The translations under genes were made by a program, and so were the position numbers. From NCBI GenBank assembly GCA_013698095.1, contig JACCVQ010000253.1, positions 10,014 to 74,013 on the forward strand: a stretch of DNA of 64,000 nucleotides, written 5' to 3'. The DNA comes from Chloroflexota bacterium (GTDB lineage: Bacteria > Chloroflexota > Limnocylindria > Limnocylindrales > CSP1-4). The notes below the pieces were generated by a model, which was not told where the DNA came from, made no database searches, and worked only from the letters and a program-made list of their open reading frames with translations. The stretch's first letter is position 1. The number at the start of each line of letters is the position of its first letter. Positions 39,765 to 50,338 of the stretch are shown piece by piece.

Positions 39765-42146
39765 TCAGGCCGGCCCAGATCTCCGTCGTCGGAGCGCTTC
39801 CTCGATCGCCCAGATCGCGAGCGGCCGGAGATAGAGGCACGCCCGGAAGTTGCCGCGCCGGTCATACGCCTCGGGCGTGCGGAACCAGAGGCCGCGCTCG
39901 TACGTGACGGCGGCGGCTCCACGGGCCGTCTCCCAGCCCTCGTCCACCAAGCCACGGCCGATCATGAACGCGGCCAGGGCGTACGTGGTCCCGACCCAGA
40001 CCTCGGCCGACTGCTCCGAGCTCTCGTCGACCGTTCCGTCGAGACGCATCCCGTTGACGGCCCCCACCAAACCGTCGCCATACGCGACGACATTGAGTTC
40101 GTGGATGGTCCGCAGGGCGGCAGCGGTCCGTTCCGGCCGGACCAGGTCGCCGAGCCCGGTCACGTCCGCATACCACTGGCCGGCGAGCTGGTCGGCCATG
40201 ACGCTGTCACTGCTGGCGCCACCGCCGTCGTCGTACGCATAGTGGCTGCCGCGCCACAGGCGGCGCTCGAAGGCCTCGGCCGAGCGGGCTCGGCAGGCCG
40301 CGATCTCGTCGGCTCGCGCGACATTGCCCGTCCGGCGATGCATGGCCTCGAGCGCCGCGAGCGCCCCGAGATAGAGGCTCCCACCGTAGGCACTGGGGCC
40401 GGCCATCGGCCAGGTGTCGTAGGTCTGGTCCGGGATCCCGCCGTGGTCGGGCAGCCCATCGCCATCGAGATCGCTTCCCGCGAGGTCAGCCATCACGCGC
40501 TCGAGCGTCGGCAGGGCTGCGCCGATGAGGTCGTCGTCGCCGAGGGCGACCACGTCGCGCCAGACCTGGAGCACGAGCTTCGGGCCGAGGTCCTTCCACG
40601 CGTTCACATCCTGGTAGCGGTACCAGTTGGGCCGATGGAAGGGGTCGTCGTCCGGCCCGCCGACGTCGTGAGGCACGGCCCACGGCGCCTTGCGCACCGC
40701 CTCGAGGCCCGAGGCCTCGATCCGGACGATCGTCGCGTCACCGCCAGGCACGACGGCGAGCAGGTCGCGGATGCCGCGCGCCTCGAGTTCGGGGAACGTC
40801 TCGAGGATCGCGAACGAGGCGTAGAAGTCCACGTCAACCGTGTCGTAGAACGGATAATCGATGCACTCGATGAGCGCGAACCGGCCGATGTCATCTGGTC
40901 CCGGCTGCGGCTCGCCGACCTCGCCCGCCTCCCAGAACGTCCCGCCGTCGACGAGGAAGTACAGCTCGTTGAAGAGCGCTGCCTTGTACCAGTCCGGTCG
41001 GTCAGGGTCGTCGAGGACGGGCGCCTGCCAGGCCTCGATCGCGGTCCGCCAGACACCTGCCTTGGACAACGCGCATGCCGCGAGATCCACCGCCCGGTCC
41101 CCGGTCCGGCCCCAGTCGCGGGTGTAACGCTTCCACCACCGCCGGCCGGCCCCGAACTCGACCACCGGCAGGTCCCAGGCGATCGCGAACCGGATGGACC
41201 GCCGCTCGCCCGCGGCGAGCTGGACGGTCGCCGCGATCGCAGCCCCGGACGGAATATCGGCTGGCGAGGACTCCGGACCCGGCTCGAGTCGGCCGTCGGC
41301 GGCGAAATCGGCCCACAGGTCGCGGTCCGCCTCCGGGTCGAACGACGCCCGGACCGTGACGTCGACGCCGTCGGCCTCGAGCGCCGCGATCGCGAACGTC
41401 CCGCGCAGCCCCGTCGGTCCCGCCGCCAGGTCGCCGAGCTCGACCGCGAGCATGCCCTCGCCGCGCACGACGCGATGCGGCCGGGCCGGGGCAGGTCCCG
41501 CGCCGGGCAGGGGATCGGCCCAGGTGAAGAGGAGCCCGACCGTCAGCGGGTCGGGCCCCGGGTTCTCGAGCCACCATTCGAACACCCCGACAGGCAGCGC
41601 GCTCGCCGCGAGGTCGCCGCCGATCACCGGGGAGAGCTGCTCGCCGACGAGTCGAACGCCGCCGGTGGCGTCGGGCTCGAAGGTCTGCCACGCCCTGGGG
41701 AACAGCGCGTGGTATGTCCCGGCGCCGGTGGGCAGCGTCCACCCCCAGTCGGGCAACGCAGCCGGGCGGAGCGCGGACAACGGGGTCGTCGTGGACCTGG
41801 CCGATCCGCCGACGAACACGGCGAACCCGTCGGCCGCAACCGGCTCGAACCGGTGTCGCCCGACCTCGAGGTGCCAGCGCGCGGCGTCACCCCGGAACGT
41901 CCGCCCGATGCTCCCCGTGCCGAGCCCACCGATCGGGACGCCCGCCCACTCGCCGTCATCGACCATCGGGGTCGAAACCCGCGGGTGCCCGACCTTCTCG
42001 CACGGGACGCCGATCCCGCGCCGCCACGCCTGGTGGGGGATGACCGGCCAGGCGGCGTGTACCGACCCGGGGCTCTCGACCGACCCGGCGCTCTCGACCG
42101 ACCCGGCGCTCTCAACCCACCCGGCCGGCGATTCGACTCCCGTCAC
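39765..42146 (-). CDS. GH116 family glycoside hydrolase (GBA2-type beta-glucosidase/glucosylceramidase-like)
   Basis: The N-terminal domain shows GVPIGGLGTGSIGRTFRGD..W. The C-terminal (alpha/alpha)6 region shows DQTYDTWPMAGPSAYGGSLYLGALAALEAM...LWRGSHYAYDD...SVMADQLAGQWYA. The GTG at 42146 overlaps the upstream permease stop codon (GTGA). The rest of the 1166-aa track ORF is out of frame over the permease genes. Confidence 0.85.
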   Translation of the reverse strand: MTGVESPAGWVESAGSVESAGSVESPGSVHAAWPVIPHQAWRRGIGVPCEKVGHPRVSTPMVDDGEWAGVPIGGLGTGSIGRTFRGDAARWHLEVGRHRFEPVAADGFAVFVGGSARSTTTPLSALRPAALPDWGWTLPTGAGTYHALFPRAWQTFEPDATGGVRLVGEQLSPVIGGDLAASALPVGVFEWWLENPGPDPLTVGLLFTWADPLPGAGPAPARPHRVVRGEGMLAVELGDLAAGPTGLRGTFAIAALEADGVDVTVRASFDPEADRDLWADFAADGRLEPGPESSPADIPSGAAIAATVQLAAGERRSIRFAIAWDLPVVEFGAGRRWWKRYTRDWGRTGDRAVDLAACALSKAGVWRTAIEAWQAPVLDDPDRPDWYKAALFNELYFLVDGGTFWEAGEVGEPQPGPDDIGRFALIECIDYPFYDTVDVDFYASFAILETFPELEARGIRDLLAVVPGGDATIVRIEASGLEAVRKAPWAVPHDVGGPDDDPFHRPNWYRYQDVNAWKDLGPKLVLQVWRDVVALGDDDLIGAALPTLERVMADLAGSDLDGDGLPDHGGIPDQTYDTWPMAGPSAYGGSLYLGALAALEAMHRRTGNVARADEIAACRARSAEAFERRLWRGSHYAYDDGGGASSDSVMADQLAGQWYADVTGLGDLVRPERTAAALRTIHELNVVAYGDGLVGAVNGMRLDGTVDESSEQSAEVWVGTTYALAAFMIGRGLVDEGWETARGAAAVTYERGLWFRTPEAYDRRGNFRACLYLRPLAIWAIEEALRRRRSGPA
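42061..42132 (-). repeat. 18-nt tandem repeat, 3 good copies plus 1 degenerate (coding strand gtcgagagcgccgggtcg)
   Basis: Read directly from the sequence. It lies within the first 30 codons of the GH116 gene and encodes VESAGS-VESAGS-VESPGS. Confidence 0.9.
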
Positions 42147-43228
42147 TTCTCGACGCCGGTGACGACGACCCCGCGCATGAACGCTCGCTGGGCGAGGAGG
42201 AAGACGATGACCGGAACGGCCATGGCCATGAGCGCCGACGCCTGGATGAGCGTGGGCTGGGTCGCGTAGAGCGCGTTGTACTGCTGGATCGCGATCGCCA
42301 GCGGCTGGAGCTCCGGCTTCGACGCCAGGTAGAGCAGCGGGACGAAGAAGTCGTTCCAGGCGAAGAAGAAGTGGAACAGCGCCACCGCCGTGATGGCGGC
42401 GATGGACTGCGGGACGATGATCCGGCGCAGGATCTGGAACGGGCCCGCACCGTCGATCATCGCCGCCTCGTCGAGCTCGCGCGGGATCGACAGGAAGTAC
42501 TGGCGCAGCAGGAAGACGTTGTACGCGTTCGCGAAGCAGTGCGGGATGATGAGCGGCAGCCACGTCCCGTTCCATCCGAGCCAGGTGAACATCACGTATT
42601 GCGGCAGCAGGGTGACCTGGAACGGCAGGATGATCGTCGCGATGAGGACCACGAACAGGGCGTTCTTGCCCCGGAACCGGAACCGCGCGAAGCCATAGGC
42701 AACGAGGATCGATGACGTCACCGCCCCGATCGTGGAGAGCAGGGCGATCAGGAACGTATTCCGGAGCAGCCGCGGAAAGTTCAGCTGGTCCCAGGCGGTC
42801 GTGAAGTTGTCGATGAGCGGTGCGAAGGTCCACGCCTGCTCGAGCGTCCGCCACCGACCCTGCCACTCGATCCGCGCCTGCGTCGCGTCCTGCGGGTCGA
42901 TGAACACGCTCGACTCGCGACCGGGCTCCACGAGGACGAGCTGGCGCGTCGTGCCGTCGGGCATCGGGACGGCGAAGACCGGAAACTTCCCACCCTCGTA
43001 CTCGGCGGTCTGCGCGGCAGCCGGCCAGACCGGGGCCCCCGGCGTCGTCGACTGCCCCGGCTGCTGCAGCGACGTCGTCACCATATAGAGCAGCGGCAGC
43101 AGATAGGCACTGATGACGATCAGCGCGAGCATCAGGATCGAGGAGCGGCCGAGGAACTTGCGGTAGGAGCGCGCGACCGGGGAGCGGTCGCTCAGGAAAC
43201 GACCCTCGGGACGTGCCACTGCGGTCAT
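42143..43228 (-). CDS. carbohydrate ABC transporter permease (CUT1, MalG-like) with a large extracytoplasmic loop
   Basis: The ATG at 43228 overlaps the upstream permease stop codon (ATGA). The product is a polytopic protein with the EAA-type loop ELDEAAMIDGAGPFQILRRIIVP. Confidence 0.88.
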   Translation of the reverse strand: MTAVARPEGRFLSDRSPVARSYRKFLGRSSILMLALIVISAYLLPLLYMVTTSLQQPGQSTTPGAPVWPAAAQTAEYEGGKFPVFAVPMPDGTTRQLVLVEPGRESSVFIDPQDATQARIEWQGRWRTLEQAWTFAPLIDNFTTAWDQLNFPRLLRNTFLIALLSTIGAVTSSILVAYGFARFRFRGKNALFVVLIATIILPFQVTLLPQYVMFTWLGWNGTWLPLIIPHCFANAYNVFLLRQYFLSIPRELDEAAMIDGAGPFQILRRIIVPQSIAAITAVALFHFFFAWNDFFVPLLYLASKPELQPLAIAIQQYNALYATQPTLIQASALMAMAVPVIVFLLAQRAFMRGVVVTGVEK

Positions 43229-44181
43229 CGCTCGCCGCCTGCGTAGTAGACGCGGCGCCGGGCAAACCCGAACAGCAGGAGCGTGAGCACCAGCACGACC
43301 ACGAACAGCAGCCACGCGATCGCCGACGCGTAGCCCATGTGGTTGAAGATGAAGCCCTCGCGATACAGCACCAGGTTCATGAACAACGTGGCGTTGTTGG
43401 GGTCACCGCGGCCGTTCGTGATCACGAAGGCCTGGGTGAAGTACTGGAAGGTGCCGATGAGGATGATCACGAGGTTGTAGAGAAGCACCGGCGACATCAG
43501 CGGGATCGTGATCCGGCGGAACTGCGTCCAGGCCCCGGCACCGTCCATCCGCGCGGCTTCGTACAGCTCGGTGGGAACGGACTGGAGGCCGGCGATGTTG
43601 ATGAGCATGAAATTCCCGATGCCCCACAGGCCGATCAGCGACAGCGCCGGGTAGACCCAGGTCTCGCTGTTGATCCAGTCGGGCTGGGGCAAGCCGAGCG
43701 AACCGAGCATGGCGTTCAGCCAGCCGGTCTCGGTGTTGAGGAAGCCGAGCCACACCAGCGTCGAGGCGACGAGCGGGATCATGACCGGCATGTAGACGAG
43801 GGCGCGAAGCGGGCCCTTGAACGCGAGCTTCGGGTGGTTGAGGAGCAGCGCGAAGCCGAGGCTCGCGGCCATGGTCAGCGGGATCGCCAGGAGCGCGAAC
43901 TTGAAGGTGGCGATCAACGACTGCGCGATCGTCGGATCGCTCACCAGGCGGGCGTAGTTGTCGAGGCCGACGAACCTCGTTGCCTCGGGCCTGACGAGGT
44001 TGAAGTCGGTGAGGGACATCACCAGCGAGGCGATCATCGGGCCGGCTGTGAACAGCAGGAGCCCCACCACCCACGGTCCGATGAACACGAGGCCCCAGAG
44101 CGCCTCGCGGACCGATGGGCGGAGGGCCAACGCCCGGGCGGGCGGCCTCGTCGGCTCGAGCTCCTCGATCGTCGCTGTCAT
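43225..44181 (-). CDS. carbohydrate ABC transporter permease (CUT1, MalF-like)
   Basis: The 318-aa polytopic protein has the EAA loop ELYEAARMDGAGAWTQFRRITIP. Confidence 0.9.
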   Translation of the reverse strand: MTATIEELEPTRPPARALALRPSVREALWGLVFIGPWVVGLLLFTAGPMIASLVMSLTDFNLVRPEATRFVGLDNYARLVSDPTIAQSLIATFKFALLAIPLTMAASLGFALLLNHPKLAFKGPLRALVYMPVMIPLVASTLVWLGFLNTETGWLNAMLGSLGLPQPDWINSETWVYPALSLIGLWGIGNFMLINIAGLQSVPTELYEAARMDGAGAWTQFRRITIPLMSPVLLYNLVIILIGTFQYFTQAFVITNGRGDPNNATLFMNLVLYREGFIFNHMGYASAIAWLLFVVVLVLTLLLFGFARRRVYYAGGER

Positions 44182-44237
44182 CGGTGGGCCGTGGCTCCCT
44201 GGGCGGGATGGAGGGTCGATGGTGAGGGAACGGAGTC

Positions 44238-44271
44238 CCTCCCGGGCGGCTGGGGGGTTCCGCCCGGGAGG
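44238..44271 (-). terminator. intra-operon stem-loop after the binding-protein gene
   Basis: A perfect 12-bp GC-rich stem, CCTCCCGGGCGG / 10-nt loop / CCGCCCGGGAGG, lies in the 109-nt gap between the binding-protein and permease genes. There is no clear U-tract. Confidence 0.55.
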
Positions 44272-44290
44272 TGCCGTGGAGGAGGAGACG

Positions 44291-45805
44291 CTAGGGGTTC
44301 TTGTCCGGTGCCGCGTCGAAGATTCCCTGGAGGGTCGTCTTCAACGTGTCCAGGTCCTTGTCGATGTCAGCGCTCTGGTTCGTGCGATAGCCGACGCCGA
44401 ACGCCTGCCACGCGGCCTTGCTCTTCGCGTAGTCCGGGACCCAGGCCTGGTGGTTGGGGATGTCCGGATTGGCGAGCATCTGCGTCGGGACCGACCAGTC
44501 GAGCTTGGCGCCCGGGTAGGCCTTGTTGACGGAGTCGATGAATGGCTGCTGCTGGGTCTCGTCGGCCGGCATGGCGCCGTAGATCGTCGCCAGCGGGCCC
44601 GAAGCGGCCAGGGCCGACAGGACCTTGAACGCCGCGTCGGCGTGCTTGGTGGTCTTGAGCATGCTGAAGGTGTCAGCGTGCAGCTTTGCGGTGGTCTTTC
44701 CGTTGTAAGCCGGTGCGACCGCCCAGCCGATGGCGTCGCCGACGATCGGCTTGGCCGGGGGAGCCGGGTTCACGCAGCACGAATACCAGGTGTGGATCTC
44801 GACCATGGCCAGGTTGCCCGACGAGAACGGGTTGCCCTTCGCCAGCAAGTCGCTGTTGACCTGGTTCTGGGTGGGGATGAAGTGATCCTTCCAGACGCCA
44901 TCGTTGAACCACTTGATGCCGGTGCGCAGGGCGTCGGGGATCTCGGCCGTCTTGCCATCAGCCGCAAGGAACGAGCTCGCACCGAACAGGGCCGTCTCGG
45001 CGGTCGGGCTGTTGTCGGCCCACTGCGAGTCGAAGCCCCACTGGACGATGTTGGCGGCATCGAAGCTGGCATTGGTGGCGTCGTTGCCATTCTTGTCGAC
45101 CGTGAGCTTCATGCCGATCTCGCGAACGGCGGCCACGTCCCATGGCTTGCCCTGATACTGGTCACCGACCTTGGTCGGCGGGTAGGGGAGCTTGGCCTCG
45201 TCGAACAGCTTCTTGTTGTACCAGAGGAAGGACGGGTAGGTCCCGAAGGGCACGCCGATCGTGGCCCCGCCCTTGCCGATCTTGAAGAAGTTGCGCATGG
45301 CCTCGGGGTACTTGCTCATGTCGTACCCGGTTGAGTCGATGTGGGGCTGGAGGTCAGCGACCTGGTCGATGAACAGGTTGAGCCCCTCGACGCCGACCGG
45401 CCCGATGATGTCCGGCGCGTTGCTGGCCGCGATCTGGGTCTTGAGGATGTTGGCCGCCACCTTGTTGTCGTAGATCTCGAGCGAGATGTAGACGTCCTTC
45501 TGGGAGTTGTTGTAGTCGGTGACGAACTGGGTCTGGGTGGCGATCTGCTGCGGTTGGCCGCCCGCGCCGAGTCCGACGAACCAGCGGACGACGACGCCGC
45601 CGTTGGGACCGGGCACGCTGGTGTCGATCGGGGCCGCGGTGACCAGCGGGGTCGGGTCCGGAGTGGCGGCCTGCGAGGCTGCCACGGTCGAGGGCGATGC
45701 CGAGCTGGGGGCGGGTGACGCCGTCGCGCCACATGCCGCGGTGAGGATCGCAATGGTCGCCGTCAAGGCGAGCAACACGCGGGGTCCGGATCGAGTGCCG
45801 TGCAT
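44291..45805 (-). CDS. extracellular solute-binding lipoprotein, carbohydrate ABC transporter (CUT1, family 1)
   Basis: GGAGGAG lies 7 nt before the ATG. The signal peptide has the lipobox LTAAC. The 504-aa product has the typical family 1 SBP composition. Confidence 0.88.
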   Translation of the reverse strand: MHGTRSGPRVLLALTATIAILTAACGATASPAPSSASPSTVAASQAATPDPTPLVTAAPIDTSVPGPNGGVVVRWFVGLGAGGQPQQIATQTQFVTDYNNSQKDVYISLEIYDNKVAANILKTQIAASNAPDIIGPVGVEGLNLFIDQVADLQPHIDSTGYDMSKYPEAMRNFFKIGKGGATIGVPFGTYPSFLWYNKKLFDEAKLPYPPTKVGDQYQGKPWDVAAVREIGMKLTVDKNGNDATNASFDAANIVQWGFDSQWADNSPTAETALFGASSFLAADGKTAEIPDALRTGIKWFNDGVWKDHFIPTQNQVNSDLLAKGNPFSSGNLAMVEIHTWYSCCVNPAPPAKPIVGDAIGWAVAPAYNGKTTAKLHADTFSMLKTTKHADAAFKVLSALAASGPLATIYGAMPADETQQQPFIDSVNKAYPGAKLDWSVPTQMLANPDIPNHQAWVPDYAKSKAAWQAFGVGYRTNQSADIDKDLDTLKTTLQGIFDAAPDKNP

Positions 45806-45930
45806 CGTGGGTCTCCTCCTCTGTGTCCTTCGATCGCTGTCTGGTTCGACTCCTGGGTCTGGTCCACTCCTTGTCGTGACGGATCTGGGCGTCGCCGATC
45901 GTGGTGACGTCCTGCCGGTCGCCGGCCGGC

Positions 45931-46983
45931 TCAGGGCACGCGCCTCCCGGCGCTCGAGGCGCGTCGAACGAGCTCGGTGGCGAGGATCACCCGCCGCTGG
46001 ACGGGGTCGCTGCCGTCGACCGCGGCGAGGAGCAGGCGGGCCATCTCCTGGCCCATCTCCTCGATCGGTTGACGGACGCTGGTGAGGCGCGGGCGTGTGG
46101 TGGATGCGACGGGCGAGTCGTCGTAGCCGACGATCGCGACGTCCTGCGGGATGCGCCGGCCGGCTGCCTCGAGGACGGCTATGGCGCCGGCGGCCATCAG
46201 GTCCGACGCGGCGAAGACCGCATCGATGTCGGGGCGAGCGGCGAGGAGCTGCTCCATCGCCGCGGCGCCGCCGCCCTGGGTGAAGTCGCCGGCGATCTCG
46301 AGGCTCGGGTCGGCCGTCAGGCCCGCGTCGGCGAGGGCGTCGCGATAGCCGGCGAGGCGATCGACGCCGGCCCCCATGTCGCCTGGTCCGCCGATCGTCG
46401 CGATCGTCGTCCGGCCGGCCGCCAGGAGATGCTCGACAGCACTCCGTGCGCCGCCCCGGTTGTCGACGTCGACGAAGCTCGCGGCATGTCCGCGGAGCGG
46501 CCGGCCGCCGACGACGAACGGGATCCCTGCCCGGGCGATGCGGTCGGGCAGGGGATCGTCTCCGTGGAGGCTGACGAGGAGGATCCCGTCGACGTGGCCG
46601 GCGGCCAGGTACGTCGCTGTTCGCTCCGTGTCGGCCGGGCTCTCGGGCATGAGCAGGATGAGCTGCTGGTCGCGCGCGCTCAGCCCGCCGCTGATGCCGC
46701 GGAGCAGGCGCGGGAAGAACGGATCGCTGAACAGGCGGCCGGTCGGCTCGGTGATGACGACGGCAATCGACCCGCTCCGGCGGGTCACGAGGCTACGCGC
46801 CGCACGGTTCGGTACATAGCCGAGCTGGGTCACCGCGGTCTCGACCGAACGGCGCACCTCGCCGCTCACGCGGGGCGAGCCGTTGACGACGCGGGAGACG
46901 GTCGCCCGCGAGACGCCGGCCACCTTGGCCACCTCCTCGAGGGTCGCGCCGCGCGGTCGGGCCTGGGGATCGGCGATGGTCAC
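45931..46983 (-). CDS. LacI family transcriptional regulator
   Basis: The HTH is ATLEEVAKVAGVSRATVSRVVNG, followed by a periplasmic-binding-protein-like core. I chose the GTG at 46983 (GGAGGA 4 nt upstream), which leaves both palindromic operators upstream of the CDS. The ATG at 47025 is the alternative. Confidence 0.85.
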   Translation of the reverse strand: MTIADPQARPRGATLEEVAKVAGVSRATVSRVVNGSPRVSGEVRRSVETAVTQLGYVPNRAARSLVTRRSGSIAVVITEPTGRLFSDPFFPRLLRGISGGLSARDQQLILLMPESPADTERTATYLAAGHVDGILLVSLHGDDPLPDRIARAGIPFVVGGRPLRGHAASFVDVDNRGGARSAVEHLLAAGRTTIATIGGPGDMGAGVDRLAGYRDALADAGLTADPSLEIAGDFTQGGGAAAMEQLLAARPDIDAVFAASDLMAAGAIAVLEAAGRRIPQDVAIVGYDDSPVASTTRPRLTSVRQPIEEMGQEMARLLLAAVDGSDPVQRRVILATELVRRASSAGRRVP

Positions 46984-46993
46984 TCGGTCCTCC

Positions 46994-47009
46994 GTGAGAG
47001 CGCTCTCAC
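46994..47009. promoter_or_regulatory. LacI-type operator, perfect 16-bp palindrome GTGAGAGCGCTCTCAC
   Basis: Read directly from the sequence. It resembles CebR/CelR-type boxes (TGGGAGCGCTCCCA) in its central GAGCGCTC core. Confidence 0.7.
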
Positions 47010-47038
47010 GCTCATTGGGGACCATATCATCCCGTGTC

Positions 47039-47054
47039 AAGAGAGCGCTCTCAT
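47039..47054. promoter_or_regulatory. second LacI-type operator AAGAGAGCGCTCTCAT (12-bp perfect core)
   Basis: It has the same GAGAGCGCTCTC core, 45 bp centre-to-centre from the first operator, in the lacI/gatB divergent region. Confidence 0.65.
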
Positions 47055-47180
47055 TTGCCGATCGACAGGCTGCCGGGAATTGGCAACGTCGCGCCGCCCA
47101 CTTCGCACCCGGCGGAGTGCGCCCGCGCTGGCGTCGGGTTGCTATGCGAAACTTGGCCCGATGCAGCACCTCGGCCGGTC

Positions 47181-48670
<1,490 letters not shown>

Positions 48671-48674
<4 letters not shown>

Positions 48675-48946
48675 CCCTCGTCAATGTCGTCCTGTGGATC
48701 GCCGGAATCGCACTGATCGCGATCGGCTACCAGCGGGCGAAAGCGCCTTGGGCCCGCTACCAGGCGATGAAAGAGCAGGACGCGAACGCGTCGCGCTACA
48801 ACGCCTGGCGCGGCGGCGTCCGCGACGACGCGTCCACCTCCGGAGCGTCGGTCGCGATGGCGATCCTCCGCCGCCAGGCGCAGGTCGGCGGGGCGATCGC
48901 GATCGCCGGCTTCGTCCTGGTGCTTCTCGGCTTCCTGATCAAGTAA
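48671..48946 (+). CDS. hypothetical small membrane protein (2 TM), coupled to gatB
   Basis: The GTG overlaps the gatB TGA (GTGA). The 91-aa product has hydrophobic helices at both ends (VVLWIAGIALIAIGY and GGAIAIAGFVLVLLGFLI). Confidence 0.6.
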
Positions 48947-48956
48947 CTGGGGCGCG

Positions 48957-49484
48957 TCAGCCGCTCGCCGCCGGCGACCCCGGCGACGTCAGCGAGGCGG
49001 CGGGCGATGGTGGCTCCGTTCCCGGCACCGGATCGATCCGACAGTGGCCATTGGCGAGAATCTGGAACGTGGCCTCGACCGGCGTCGCCTCCGCGACGAC
49101 GACCGGCAGGTCGCAGGTCAGCCCCGTGCCGATCGTCGGCTGGAGACATGTCTGGCCCGGCGCCCCGTTGGTGTTGTCGGTGCAGACGAGCGTGTCGGAC
49201 ATGTACACGGCGAACGCTGACAGGGTGTAGCTCCCGACCGGCACCTCGATGGCCGTCGCGGAGCCGATCGACAACCCCCACTCCACCGGCGCGGGACCGT
49301 TCGTCGTCCAGAGGCGAGCCCGGGGACGGGCCTCGAAGAGCTGGTTGTCATCGGCGGCCCGGGTGGCGGCGACCCGGACGGTCCCGAGGACGGGCGGCAC
49401 TGACGGGCTCCGCGACGCCAGTCCGCAGCCCGCCAGGACGAGAGAGGCGGCGATTGCCGCGGCGACCCGCACGCGCGGCGGCAC
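48957..49484 (-). CDS. hypothetical lipoprotein
   Basis: It has a signal peptide with the lipobox (AASLVLAGCG), a beta-rich mature part with 4 Cys and a Pro/Ser tail. The start is the GTG at 49484 or 49472. The rest of the 362-aa track ORF is antisense to the phosphorylase gene. Confidence 0.58.
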   Translation of the reverse strand: MPPRVRVAAAIAASLVLAGCGLASRSPSVPPVLGTVRVAATRAADDNQLFEARPRARLWTTNGPAPVEWGLSIGSATAIEVPVGSYTLSAFAVYMSDTLVCTDNTNGAPGQTCLQPTIGTGLTCDLPVVVAEATPVEATFQILANGHCRIDPVPGTEPPSPAASLTSPGSPAASG

Positions 49485-49556
49485 GGCTCCACGCGACGTC
49501 GGCCGGCGCTCGATAGAATCCGACGAGCAGGTCGCAGCCGCGTGAGGGAGGATCGC

Positions 49557-50324
49557 TTGGGCGTCGTCGACAAGAACAGCATCGGGGTCGGGGGCCGCCA
49601 GTTCCACATCGGCGTGGCGCCGGGCGAGGTGAGCACGATCGCCCTGATGCCCGGGGACCCGTTCCGCGTCCCGCTGGTTGCCGGCTACCTCCAGGACGCC
49701 CGGGAGGTAGCCCATCAGCGCGAGCACCGGACGATGGTCGGCACGTACAAGGGCCGCGAGATCACCGTCACCTCGACCGGAATGGGCTGCCCGTCCACCG
49801 CGATCGCGGTCGAGGAGTTGGCCCGCGTCGGCGTAACGTCGTTCATCCGGGTCGGCAGCACGGCGGCCCTCCAGCCCGGGATCAACCCGGGTGATCTGAT
49901 CGTGAGCCAGGGATCGTTCCGCAACGACGGCACGTCGGACATGTATGTTCCGAAAGGGTACCCGGCGGTTCCCGACCTCGAGATCAGCCTGACCCTCGAA
50001 CGCTTCGCCCGCGAGGCCGGGCCGCGCCACGATCTCAACGTCCACGCCGGGATCAACGTGTCGGACGACGCCTTCTACGCCGAGTCACCCGCCTGGACCG
50101 AACAGATGTCGGCGATCGGCCTGCTCAACGTCGAGATGGAGTCGTCGGCGATGTTCATCGTCGCCCGTCAGCGCAAGCTCCGCGCCGCGATGATCTGCTC
50201 GGTCTCGAGCAATCTCGTCGCCGGCACGAGCGTCTACGACGACGAGGCCCACCGCCGCCTCGCGACGGGCTGGGGCGCGAGCATCGAGGCTGCCCTCGAG
50301 ACCGCCGTCGCCCTGTCGCTGTAG
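49557..50324 (+). CDS. nucleoside phosphorylase, PNP/UDP family 1 (uridine phosphorylase-like)
   Basis: It is collinear with E. coli Udp as I recall that sequence (PGDP.RV, TGMGCPSTAIAVEEL, FIRVGSTAAL, NVEMESSA). The TTG at 49557 has GGGAGG 5 nt upstream; the GTG at 49542 is the alternative. A TAGAAT hexamer lies at 49514-49519. Confidence 0.83.
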   Translation: MGVVDKNSIGVGGRQFHIGVAPGEVSTIALMPGDPFRVPLVAGYLQDAREVAHQREHRTMVGTYKGREITVTSTGMGCPSTAIAVEELARVGVTSFIRVGSTAALQPGINPGDLIVSQGSFRNDGTSDMYVPKGYPAVPDLEISLTLERFAREAGPRHDLNVHAGINVSDDAFYAESPAWTEQMSAIGLLNVEMESSAMFIVARQRKLRAAMICSVSSNLVAGTSVYDDEAHRRLATGWGASIEAALETAVALSL

Positions 50325-50338
50325 TCCGGCCCCGACCG

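Noticed and set aside
39597-42269. 890-aa plus-strand ORF.
   Set aside because: It is antisense to the GH116 gene and its product is Arg/Pro/Gly-rich low complexity.
42147-43265. N-terminal part of the 1166-aa minus-strand ORF, suggesting a permease-glycosidase fusion.
   Set aside because: This part is out of frame with the two real permease genes (clear TM and EAA-loop proteins in the other frame). GH116 homology starts near 42146 at a GTGA-coupled start.
47034-47180. N-terminal extension of the gatB track ORF (546 aa).
   Set aside because: The extension runs across the LacI operators and the divergent promoter region and has no GatB homology. GatB similarity starts shortly after the GTG at 47181.
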